A stretch of 34,058 nucleotides of DNA, taken from NCBI GenBank assembly GCA_038045485.1, contig JBBSYA010000018.1:1-34058 (forward strand), read 5' to 3'. How positions within the stretch are numbered: position 1 is the first letter of the stretch; each line of letters begins with the position of its first letter. The notes under the pieces are model-generated. The model made no database searches, was not told where the DNA came from, and saw nothing but the letters and a program-made list of their open reading frames with translations. The translations under genes were made by a program, and so were the position numbers. This DNA comes from Nanobdellota archaeon. Lineage in GTDB: Archaea; Nanobdellota; Nanobdellia; Pacearchaeales; GW2011-AR1. Positions 17,598-26,057 of this stretch are shown here, piece after piece.

Positions 17598-18710
17598 TCA
17601 TACTTTCTTCCCCATTAAAATTTGTTCCTTAAGATTATCAAGTTCTTTTCTAAAACTATCTGCTTTAGCCTTCAAAACTTTCCTTAATTCATCCTCTCTA
17701 GCATCAAGAACATTAGAAAAATTCTCAAAGTATCCTATCAAAGATTTTATTTCTCTCTCAGTCAAATTTAGTTTAGTTAATAATCTAAATCCTCGGGGGC
17801 TAAGTTGCGTATCTGGAGAATTTTCAAAAATCATTCGCGAAAGCGATTCTGTATCGATAACTCCTTCAAAAGTAATTCCGTCTAATATCTTCTTAGTGTT
17901 CTGTGGCTTATTTGAATAATCTCTTATAACTTTCTCTTGCAGCGGTTCTATATCTTTAAAAATTTCCCTTAATCTCATTCTAATAATAACTCCTTGATTT
18001 CCTAATTCAGTCAAATATCTTTTCATTGTATCCATCATCTTAATTATAACCCCGGTTCTTTGTAAAACTGAACATACATCTGCAGCAGAAACCAGTTTAG
18101 TAATCTCTAAAATATTTAAATTCTTAAGAATATCATCAAAAATTTCTCTTTGTTTCTCAAGAATATGCAATGTTTCTGTTGCTCTTCTCAAAAGATGCTC
18201 TGAATTTTCTAAAACATATTTTTTATCTTCATAAAAAAGCGTAATCTTATTTCTCCTTTCAGATACTGCAATCGTGCTCGTTCCAGTATGCTTAGATGTT
18301 CTTTCTGCTGCCTTATGTCGTGTTCCTGTTTCATTACTTGGAATCTTTGAATCAGGAACTAATAAAACATTGCAGAAAAGAATCTTTTTCAAGTCTTCAG
18401 ATAAAACAATAGCACCATCCATTTTTGCAAGCTCAGCAAGTTTTTGTGGAGTAAATCTGCAATTAATTCTAAATCCACCCTCCATAATATTTCTAAGTTC
18501 AGGACAATCAATAACAATTAAAGCTCCGGTCTCGCCCTCTAAAATATCATCTAACGCCGTTCTAAGACTTTTACCAGGAGATAATCTTCCTAAAACATCA
18601 AGAAAAGGCAGCTTTTTCTGCTGCAATTCTTCTGAAAAAGGAACAATAATTTCATTGCTATTATTCTGTACCTCGTTTTGCACTTCTTTAATATTTTCTT
18701 CTTCAGTCAT
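17598..18710 (-). CDS. disA: DNA integrity scanning diadenylate cyclase, DisA-like
   Basis: PG-LR-ALD, ELAKMDGAIV (DGA), ETGTRHKAAER (RHR variant), VSERR, a DisA linker and a C-terminal HhH (PRGFRLL). Confidence 0.9.
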   Translation of the reverse strand: MTEEENIKEVQNEVQNNSNEIIVPFSEELQQKKLPFLDVLGRLSPGKSLRTALDDILEGETGALIVIDCPELRNIMEGGFRINCRFTPQKLAELAKMDGAIVLSEDLKKILFCNVLLVPDSKIPSNETGTRHKAAERTSKHTGTSTIAVSERRNKITLFYEDKKYVLENSEHLLRRATETLHILEKQREIFDDILKNLNILEITKLVSAADVCSVLQRTGVIIKMMDTMKRYLTELGNQGVIIRMRLREIFKDIEPLQEKVIRDYSNKPQNTKKILDGITFEGVIDTESLSRMIFENSPDTQLSPRGFRLLTKLNLTEREIKSLIGYFENFSNVLDAREDELRKVLKAKADSFRKELDNLKEQILMGKKV

Positions 18711-18777
18711 ATTATCTAAACAAACCTGTTCTTTTTAAACTTTTTAGTCACTTTAAAAATATACTTGTTTTTAAAGG

Positions 18778-18940
18778 TCAGAAAATTATGAATTTTCTGA
18801 AGAAAAAAATTAAGTCTTACAAATCAACTTTCTACCTCCTAAACCCACTACTTGCCCAATTTTTATCTAATTACTAAATTAAATTTTTCAAACAATCTAA
18901 AAAGATATACTTTTTTTGGAAAATTTTGAATATTAATTCC
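18778..18940 (+). repeat. Composite ~160-bp dispersed element, copy 2
   Basis: TCAGAAAATT-atg-AATTTTCTGA ... TAAGTCTTACAAAT ... AAATTTTTCAAACAATCTAAAAA ... TTTGGAAAATTTT..TATTAATTC. Confidence 0.65.
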
Positions 18941-19064
18941 AAATAAGTTCTAAGGCAATATTTTAGCTAAGTTTTTCCATTCAATAATTCATCCCATGTT
19001 CTAAGTTTAAACGTATATATTGGGATATAGAAACTTTTATAAATAAAAATAAGCTAAAATAACC

Positions 19065-19250
19065 ATGAATAAATGGTTAGAAATATTGCTTGGACTTATC
19101 CTCGTGATTGCAGCAGTTATTGGTTGGGTTCTTTCACCTAACGACTGGGGCGCAGCAGCACTATCCCTCCTTAAGGGCGGAATAGTTTGGGGAGTAATCC
19201 TTGTTGGAATGCTTTTCCTTTTACTAGGAATTAGCGATTTACGAGATTAA
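19065..19250 (+). CDS. Small two-TM membrane protein
   Basis: 61 aa with two hydrophobic helices. BRE/TATA (GAAACTTTTATAAA) about 25 nt upstream. Confidence 0.75.
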   Translation: MNKWLEILLGLILVIAAVIGWVLSPNDWGAAALSLLKGGIVWGVILVGMLFLLLGISDLRD

Positions 19251-19324
19251 ATCAAAGCAATTAAAAAGAGAATAGTTCTTATTTAATGTAATTATAATTA
19301 TAAATCCCAAACCTTTCTTAGTTT

Positions 19325-20503
19325 ATGGCATTGTGTCGTATCTGTGGAGCTATTAATTGCAAGAAGCATTCTTCTCTATTCGAGAATGTCAAGAGAATCT
19401 CAGAGTTTTCTGGGAGTTCTCCACCAGAAGTTTTTGTTGGTAGATATGATTATCCTAATGTTTATGTCGGTATCCTTTCACCGCAAGAACACGGAAATAC
19501 AGAAATACTATCTTCTCAAGAGCTATGGCATAAGAATAGACTAAAGATGCCAGAAATATTGAGCCTTAGAAGCAAATTAATCTATGGCAGAACTAAAAGC
19601 AATGTTAAAAAAGCAATGTTAAAGACGCGCTTCATTTCAACAATGCAGGAAGTAGCAATGACTTCTAAACCTATCTCAACAGAATTCAAGCTTGAAAAAT
19701 CCATAATAGAAAAGAATAAGGAAAAAGACAGTTATACGCCCATAATAAGCAATGCGGCATTAGTTAAATCAGTGAGATTAGAAGAAAATCCAATAATAGA
19801 TAAAAAAGTAGACAATCTTGTAAATGACAATGATGCAAAATCTGTGACTGCAATAGCAGAACTCGATAGAGCTAAAACACCAACATCAACAATAATAAAA
19901 ATTCTTTCGGCAGGACTTTTAGGACGTTCTATTTTAAGAAAAATGGTTCCAACTCGCTGGGCGATTACTGCCGTAGATGATACTCTAAGCAAAAATAAAC
20001 TAAGAAAAATAAAATATAATCATGAAATAAATGAGATTTTGGTTTTTTCATCAGAATATCTTGGAAATCACTATGAATTTTTAGTTCTTCCTGATAAATT
20101 TTCCTTTGAAGTTATAGAAATAAATCAAAATAATCCAAATGCTTCATGGCACGACTATGAATCCTTTTTAGGTAGAAAAACTTATGCCACAAGTGTTACC
20201 GGGGCCTATTATGCTAATCGTTTGGCTTTATGCGAATATCTCGAACGAATAAACAAGCAATCTTCCTGCATTGTTTTCCGTGAAATCGGCGATGAATACA
20301 CTCAATCAATGGGCGTAGGCATCCTTCGTCAAATTTCCAGAGAAGCTTTTTCAAATCCTCCAGAAAAATTTTCAACAATTCAAGAAGCCCTAAATAAGAT
20401 TCAATCCAGAATAAAACTACCAATTAATACATTCACAGATAAATCCCTTATTCTAAAGAATTATGGAAAACAAAAACGATTAGAAAATTGGTTTAATCAA
20501 TAA
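19325..20503 (+). CDS. nreA: Archaeal DNA repair protein NreA
   Basis: GSSPPEVFVG..YP, LSAGLLG, VPTRWAITAVD, GAYYA.RL and a C-terminal PIP box QKRLENWF. Confidence 0.9.
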   Translation: MALCRICGAINCKKHSSLFENVKRISEFSGSSPPEVFVGRYDYPNVYVGILSPQEHGNTEILSSQELWHKNRLKMPEILSLRSKLIYGRTKSNVKKAMLKTRFISTMQEVAMTSKPISTEFKLEKSIIEKNKEKDSYTPIISNAALVKSVRLEENPIIDKKVDNLVNDNDAKSVTAIAELDRAKTPTSTIIKILSAGLLGRSILRKMVPTRWAITAVDDTLSKNKLRKIKYNHEINEILVFSSEYLGNHYEFLVLPDKFSFEVIEINQNNPNASWHDYESFLGRKTYATSVTGAYYANRLALCEYLERINKQSSCIVFREIGDEYTQSMGVGILRQISREAFSNPPEKFSTIQEALNKIQSRIKLPINTFTDKSLILKNYGKQKRLENWFNQ

Positions 20504-20642
20504 CTAAAAATCAAAAATTAAACCCTAAATCTAAGAACAAAATTCAAATTCCCCTAAACCTGCTAATAAAAATAAATCCCCCTCTACCAAATACTGCACC
20601 AAACCTTAAAATCTTCCCATCTGCCATCTACCAAAAAAATAT

Positions 20643-22778
20643 CTACTTTCGAGCAAACTCAAAAGTCTTAACATGTTCTCTTGCTCGAGAATTTCCCGAA
20701 TTCTTTCTTAAGAAAATTATTCCTACAACAATAAGCGCAATCGCAATTATAACTCCAAGGCTAACTGTAATTTTCTTTGCAAGACTCCAAGCTACAATTT
20801 TATCTACAGTTTCTCCAACTATTGCACCAACACCTGTTTCAATAGGGGTTTCTGTTGCAAGAACCGCAGGAGTTTCAGTTATAAATTTAAGGGTTGCATC
20901 TGCCTTAATTCCACTAATACTATTAATTTTAACATATATATCATTCTTTCCATCTTTATTTAAATCAAAGTTCTTTTCTTCGCCAACAGCTAATGTTGCT
21001 GATTGTAAATTTGGTGAAAACTGGATTGTAGCATTATTCCCTTTTGTATAAAGCAACATAAACATAAATGATTTTGAATCAAATTTAAACGAAAGCGTAT
21101 CTCCTGTTGAAAATAATTTTGTATATCCTGCTGTCAAATTTTCAGAAGCTGCTGCACTTGATGAACCTCCACCAAGAGTTGTTTCTGCTGCGGCAACATA
21201 AGGAGTATATGCTGCAAAACTTGTAAAATGATATGTCCAGATAATTAAATCAGCGCCAGTAGAATTATAACACTCTCTTGTTGTAACTGCATCAATATTT
21301 GTAGGACTATCTGTGTTATTACAAATTGTAGCTATATTTGCAAGCGCAGAACCACTACTACTCCAAGCAGCACTTTTTCCTTGCATTCCACCAATTACAA
21401 CTTTTACTGGACTTGAGAAATTAAGATGAACTGAACTCCCAATATCAACAACCACGTTTGTTGTTCCAGAAGATGGTGCAGTGAATGTTGTAGAAACATT
21501 TATTGTTGGTAAATTTACCTTACCATCCCAAGAACTTCCACCCGTTATATTAACAAATTGGGGAATATAAACTGTATAATTATAAGTTCCTTGAGTAACC
21601 AATGAAAAATTATTTCCTGATGTTACCGTTCCGTTGTCTAAAACTTGAGATAAATCAAAAGCTACAACTTGCGAAGTATTTGTTAAGCTAACATTTTTAA
21701 GAGTGCTATTATAAGGAACGACTATTGTACTCATAGTAGCATTTACATCAAGAGCAGATGAACTCGAATTAGCCATAGTGGATGTTCCGGATAGACTTGT
21801 TATGTTAATCATTATTCTAAGAGTAGTCAAATGAGCTGTAGAGTCATTAGCATAAAAAGTAAGATTATACCAGCCCAGAGAGGGATAACTAATTGAAGTT
21901 AAATTAACACCCGGAACAAAAGTAATATTAGTTCCGCTTGAACTATTGAAATACCAATAATTAAAAGGATTAGTCTCTGTTGCTAAAAAATTAATGTTAA
22001 TTGATTGATTAGCATAATAATTAGTGTTATTAATCGGACTTGATACGATTATTACTGGAGAAATCGTATCAATAGTTACATTTCTCGAAGTAGTATTACT
22101 ATTTCCGGCCAGATCATAAGCAGTAGCAAATATAGAATATCTTCCATCTATAGTAACATTCAAGGTCGTATTAGTTGAAGTTATATTCGCACTGCTTACA
22201 AGAGAGCCAGTAAAGTTGTAAATAGTTACTGCAGTATAATTAATATATGTATCCCTAAAAGTCATATTTATGGACGAATTCCATGCAGAAATATTTGCAT
22301 TAGCAGCAGGAGAATTAATAGTAATATTCGGTTTTAAGGTATCCACCGTTATATTATATCTTATTGTAAAATTAGAAAAGGTTACGTTAGAAGCATTTAC
22401 AGTTATATTATAAACTCCATCAGGAACCGCAAGTTGAGTAATATAATTTATTACAGGACTAGTTGAATTAGAAGCATTGCACATAACCGTTGAATTATAA
22501 ACATAAACAGTGAGATTATTAACTCCTGGCAATCCACTTAAATTAGCAGTTACATTAATTAAAAGATAGGCTCGATTTAAATAAGTGTGCGAACTTTCAC
22601 TAGGACTTAAAAAAGCTACTCCATTATTTCCTACATAAGAATCAGTAACTGCTGCATAAATAAATGCGCCAAAAGCAAAAGCTAATAAAGATATAATTAT
22701 TACAGAATATAATCTTTTATCGCCCATCTTTTTCAAAGAGATAATCCTTTTCCTATTTATAAAGCTTTTCATAAACAC
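20643..22778 (-). CDS. Surface glycoprotein with Ig-like repeats, HFT motif and C-terminal TM anchor
   Basis: Signal/TM at the N-terminus (true start probably Met18, ~22727), VDT..P.I.I.SP Ig-like repeats, many sequons, IIWTYHFTSF, DLNKDGKND, and a C-terminal TM with basic tail. Confidence 0.85.
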   Translation of the reverse strand: MFMKSFINRKRIISLKKMGDKRLYSVIIISLLAFAFGAFIYAAVTDSYVGNNGVAFLSPSESSHTYLNRAYLLINVTANLSGLPGVNNLTVYVYNSTVMCNASNSTSPVINYITQLAVPDGVYNITVNASNVTFSNFTIRYNITVDTLKPNITINSPAANANISAWNSSINMTFRDTYINYTAVTIYNFTGSLVSSANITSTNTTLNVTIDGRYSIFATAYDLAGNSNTTSRNVTIDTISPVIIVSSPINNTNYYANQSININFLATETNPFNYWYFNSSSGTNITFVPGVNLTSISYPSLGWYNLTFYANDSTAHLTTLRIMINITSLSGTSTMANSSSSALDVNATMSTIVVPYNSTLKNVSLTNTSQVVAFDLSQVLDNGTVTSGNNFSLVTQGTYNYTVYIPQFVNITGGSSWDGKVNLPTINVSTTFTAPSSGTTNVVVDIGSSVHLNFSSPVKVVIGGMQGKSAAWSSSGSALANIATICNNTDSPTNIDAVTTRECYNSTGADLIIWTYHFTSFAAYTPYVAAAETTLGGGSSSAAASENLTAGYTKLFSTGDTLSFKFDSKSFMFMLLYTKGNNATIQFSPNLQSATLAVGEEKNFDLNKDGKNDIYVKINSISGIKADATLKFITETPAVLATETPIETGVGAIVGETVDKIVAWSLAKKITVSLGVIIAIALIVVGIIFLRKNSGNSRAREHVKTFEFARK

Positions 22779-22786
22779 GATTTATA

Positions 22787-23407
22787 TTATCCTAGAAGAA
22801 TCATCAAACTTCCTTCAATAATTGCTGCCAAAACTAAAAGAGGGATAATAATTAGGACAAGAACTCTAAGAGCGTCTTTTAAATCACTCCAAAAAATTCT
22901 AAAATCTGAATTATTTAAAGCCAGGATTAAAGAAAAACCTAATCTTAGTCCAATGCCTATTGAGATAAAAATCGCGGGCAACTCAAAAATTCCATGAGGC
23001 AAAAGTCTCCATAGGGATAGTGTTCCATTAAAAAAGCCCAAATGAGCAATCAAATTTTTTATAACATAACCAAGCATATAACCATTTGAAATCGCAAAAA
23101 TTAAAGGGACAATTCCAAAAAAGATGCCTGCGAAAAGTCCAATGACACTTGCATTAAGATTGTTATTAAAGATAAATGCAATCAGATTTATCTCCTCCAA
23201 TCCAAATGCCTTAAATAAAATTACCTCCAAAATATTCCTTATAGTCCGATCTATTTCTGCAGGAACAGGAAGAATTAATGCCAACAAAACAAAAAAGAAG
23301 AAGAGCCCTATAGAAAAATAAATATATTTTTTACTTCGTTTTATAGATTCCAACCCAAGAAGAATGTTTTTCCCAATAAAATCCGGAGTTTTATTCTGGT
23401 TTTTCAT
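22787..23407 (-). CDS. SpoIIM-family (DUF95) membrane protein
   Basis: IFNNN, NGYMLG, LPHGIFELPA, AAIIEG. Confidence 0.88.
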   Translation of the reverse strand: MKNQNKTPDFIGKNILLGLESIKRSKKYIYFSIGLFFFFVLLALILPVPAEIDRTIRNILEVILFKAFGLEEINLIAFIFNNNLNASVIGLFAGIFFGIVPLIFAISNGYMLGYVIKNLIAHLGFFNGTLSLWRLLPHGIFELPAIFISIGIGLRLGFSLILALNNSDFRIFWSDLKDALRVLVLIIIPLLVLAAIIEGSLMILLG

Positions 23408-24294
23408 CGTGAGAAATAATTAGAGATAATTTGGGATTTTTTCTTATATCTTAATCTAAGATAAATACCATAGGCTGCTCCAGCAAAGAATCCTCCAAGA
23501 TGCGCGGTGTTTCCTATTGGAAGTTCAACGAATAATCCTACGATAATCAGAGGAACAATAGCAATAATAGGCAAAAGCCAAAAGGGCATTCTTATCGGCA
23601 GAGATATTTTTCTAAAGGTATTATTTATAGAAAACATTGAGAATATCGAGATAAAAATATAGATATTCACAAGAACATCCAAAATAGTCATAGTTCCTGG
23701 AGAAACAAAACCCATAAGCGCAAATTCTACAACTATAGCAATCAACGGACCCGCGATAAGATAAACCTTATTTCTCGGAGTAAGAAAACACAAGACGCCG
23801 GCTATAGCAAATATTGCGCCAGAAGCTCCGACTGCAGGAGTTAATGGACTTACAAAAATAAGTCTGCCAATCTCACTATTTCCAAATAAAAAAGAAAGAC
23901 TGGCAAAAAATAATCCTGCAAATAATCCTGAAATAATATAAAGCCAGAAAAGCCTCTTCTTACCGATAATCATCTCAAGGAAACTTCCAACAAAAAACAA
24001 AGAGATAGTATTAAACAATAGATGCCAGATATTTGCATGCATAAACATACTTGTTAAAAGTGTCCAAAAATAACCATTAGTAAATAAATTATAAGGCTGA
24101 AGAAAAATATATTTTTGAATTCCAAACAAATTTATTAAAAGACTGAAAATTATAAACATAATAACATTGACAAATATTAGCCATCCAGTAACACTCAAAT
24201 TAGAAAACCAAATTGAAAGTAAACTTCTTCTTTTTCTATGAAAACCACTATCCTTGCCATCTTCCACCTTAGAAACCTTAAAATAATGCCCCAT
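23404..24294 (-). CDS. Rhomboid intramembrane serine protease
   Basis: TSMFMHA..HLLFN, catalytic GASGA, and AHLGG. Confidence 0.92.
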   Translation of the reverse strand: MGHYFKVSKVEDGKDSGFHRKRRSLLSIWFSNLSVTGWLIFVNVIMFIIFSLLINLFGIQKYIFLQPYNLFTNGYFWTLLTSMFMHANIWHLLFNTISLFFVGSFLEMIIGKKRLFWLYIISGLFAGLFFASLSFLFGNSEIGRLIFVSPLTPAVGASGAIFAIAGVLCFLTPRNKVYLIAGPLIAIVVEFALMGFVSPGTMTILDVLVNIYIFISIFSMFSINNTFRKISLPIRMPFWLLPIIAIVPLIIVGLFVELPIGNTAHLGGFFAGAAYGIYLRLRYKKKSQIISNYFSR

Positions 24295-25016
24295 TATTCT
24301 TTTTTCTTGCCATGTTTTTTAGCAGACTTTCTAGCAGATTTTGCTCGAGCTAACTTATTCTTTTCTCGTGCCAGCAATTTAGCCTTAGTTTTCATTTTAG
24401 CTCTTCTTTCAATACTTTTCTTAAGTTTATCTTTTTTAATCGTCTTCAATAATTTTTTATCCATCTTTTCCTGTTCTTGTCTAATTTCGCTTCTTATTGA
24501 TTCAAGTTCACGATTAAGTTTTTCAATTTTCTTTTTGACTTCCTCAATAAGTGGACCATTATCTGCAAGTCCATAAACCTCACCACATTCACTGCAAGTA
24601 AAATTAGTAATCAATGCATTTTCTTCATTAACTTCTCTGCCGCAAAGTTTGCATTTATAAAATCTCTGCGCCTGCTTTTTCGTAAGTTCATTTTTCAGAT
24701 TATTAATTTCACCGCTCCATGTTTGTTCTAAAACTTCAAGCGATTTCATTATATTAAATGTCCAAAAATAAATATACCATCCCTTTCGTTTATCTTTTTT
24801 CCTTATTGAAGTTAAAATTCCCAAATGGGATAATCTGTAAAGAAGATTTCTTGTTTGATTTATAGTTAAACCGAGCTTTTTAGCAATTAAAAATTCATTA
24901 ATATCTTTCTTATTATAGAGCAAGTCTACAATCTTAACAGCCTCTAATCCAGCAGTATTCTCTACGACTCGCTTAATAAAATTGATTTGCATACAAATAG
25001 ATTTAACGGGCGGCAT
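24294..25016 (-). CDS. tfe: Transcription factor E (TFIIE-alpha) with Lys-rich tail
   Basis: INEFLIAKKL..INQTRNLLYRL, GWYIYFW and Zn ribbon CKLC...FTCSECG. True start may be Met9. Confidence 0.9.
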   Translation of the reverse strand: MPPVKSICMQINFIKRVVENTAGLEAVKIVDLLYNKKDINEFLIAKKLGLTINQTRNLLYRLSHLGILTSIRKKDKRKGWYIYFWTFNIMKSLEVLEQTWSGEINNLKNELTKKQAQRFYKCKLCGREVNEENALITNFTCSECGEVYGLADNGPLIEEVKKKIEKLNRELESIRSEIRQEQEKMDKKLLKTIKKDKLKKSIERRAKMKTKAKLLAREKNKLARAKSARKSAKKHGKKKE

Positions 25017-25122
25017 TTATATATTTTTAGGCTAACGAAATACTCACTAATTAGGATAAGATTTAAAAACACCGGATTCATGAGATAATTAATAAAAAGA
25101 GGATAAGAAATTTAAAACACCA

Positions 25123-25602
25123 ATGGCTTTCTTTAAAAAAAATGTGAGGGAGATGAATAAATCTTTAGATTTGCCAGAACTTCCTGGAACTTCTAAACTT
25201 CCAGAACTTCCAAGTCTGCCTTCACTTCCTGAAAGCAAAGCGAATGATTCCTTCGGTATTCAAGCAATAAAAAGCAACATTATGGGTGATAAAAATATGC
25301 CCGAAGAAAAAAGAACAATCGAATTAGGAGAAAGAATTGAACGCCCTCAATTTACATCAATGACTCCAAGGAAAATGGTTGCTCAAAAAGAACCTGTATT
25401 CGTTAAACTTGATAAATTTAAAGATTCTGTATCCAAGTTTGAAGAAATAAAAACAAAAATAAACGATATTGATTCTACTCTAAGAAAAATAAAAGAAATC
25501 CGTGAAAAAGAAGACCACGAACTTCGAGCTTGGGAAGAAAAAGTTCAGCTGATAAAAGAAAAAGTAGATAGTATAGATAATTCTTTATTCAGCAGGATGT
25601 AG
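25123..25602 (+). CDS. Hypothetical coiled-coil protein with LPELP repeats
   Basis: Pro-rich N-terminus, EPVFVKLDKF motif and a heptad-patterned C-terminus. Confidence 0.75.
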   Translation: MAFFKKNVREMNKSLDLPELPGTSKLPELPSLPSLPESKANDSFGIQAIKSNIMGDKNMPEEKRTIELGERIERPQFTSMTPRKMVAQKEPVFVKLDKFKDSVSKFEEIKTKINDIDSTLRKIKEIREKEDHELRAWEEKVQLIKEKVDSIDNSLFSRM

Positions 25603-25612
25603 GGGGCGCAAT

Positions 25613-25993
25613 ATGAATGAAAGTTTACATATCAAAATTGAACGTGAAGATGCTGTTGCAATTAAAAAAAATATTCTAATATCTGAAAGTGACTTACTTG
25701 AAACCATAAGATATACTCGAAATTATAATCTTCTAAGAAAACAAGAACTTGTTCTAAAAGAAAAAATGCAAAAGGAATTAGCGGCATTACATTTGATAGT
25801 TCAAGCAATAGAAGCAAATCTTCCAAAAGAAGGATTGCACTATCAAGACGAGCAAGAAAAAACAGAAAAATCAGTTATAACTCAAGAAGTTACAAAAAGC
25901 AAAAAGAAACAAAATAAAGTTATAGAAAAACACAAAAACGAACTTGAGCAAGAAATTGATAACATTCGCGAAAGACTGGCGCAATTAGGCTAA
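25613..25993 (+). CDS. Hypothetical coiled-coil protein
   Basis: 126-aa helical ORF ending LEQEIDNIRERLAQLG, co-directional with its neighbours. Confidence 0.75.
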   Translation: MNESLHIKIEREDAVAIKKNILISESDLLETIRYTRNYNLLRKQELVLKEKMQKELAALHLIVQAIEANLPKEGLHYQDEQEKTEKSVITQEVTKSKKKQNKVIEKHKNELEQEIDNIRERLAQLG

Positions 25994-26022
25994 TTTTTTA
26001 AATTCCCTTATTTCTAATAAAG

Positions 26023-26036
26023 GAAAAGTTTATAAG
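26023..26036 (+). promoter_or_regulatory. BRE/TATA promoter of alaS (leaderless geometry)
   Basis: GAAAAGTTTATAAG 22 nt before the ATG. The same AAAGTTTATAAG precedes proS (~14496-14507). Confidence 0.55.
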
Positions 26037-26057
26037 AAAAACTTTGGTTGTTCTCCT

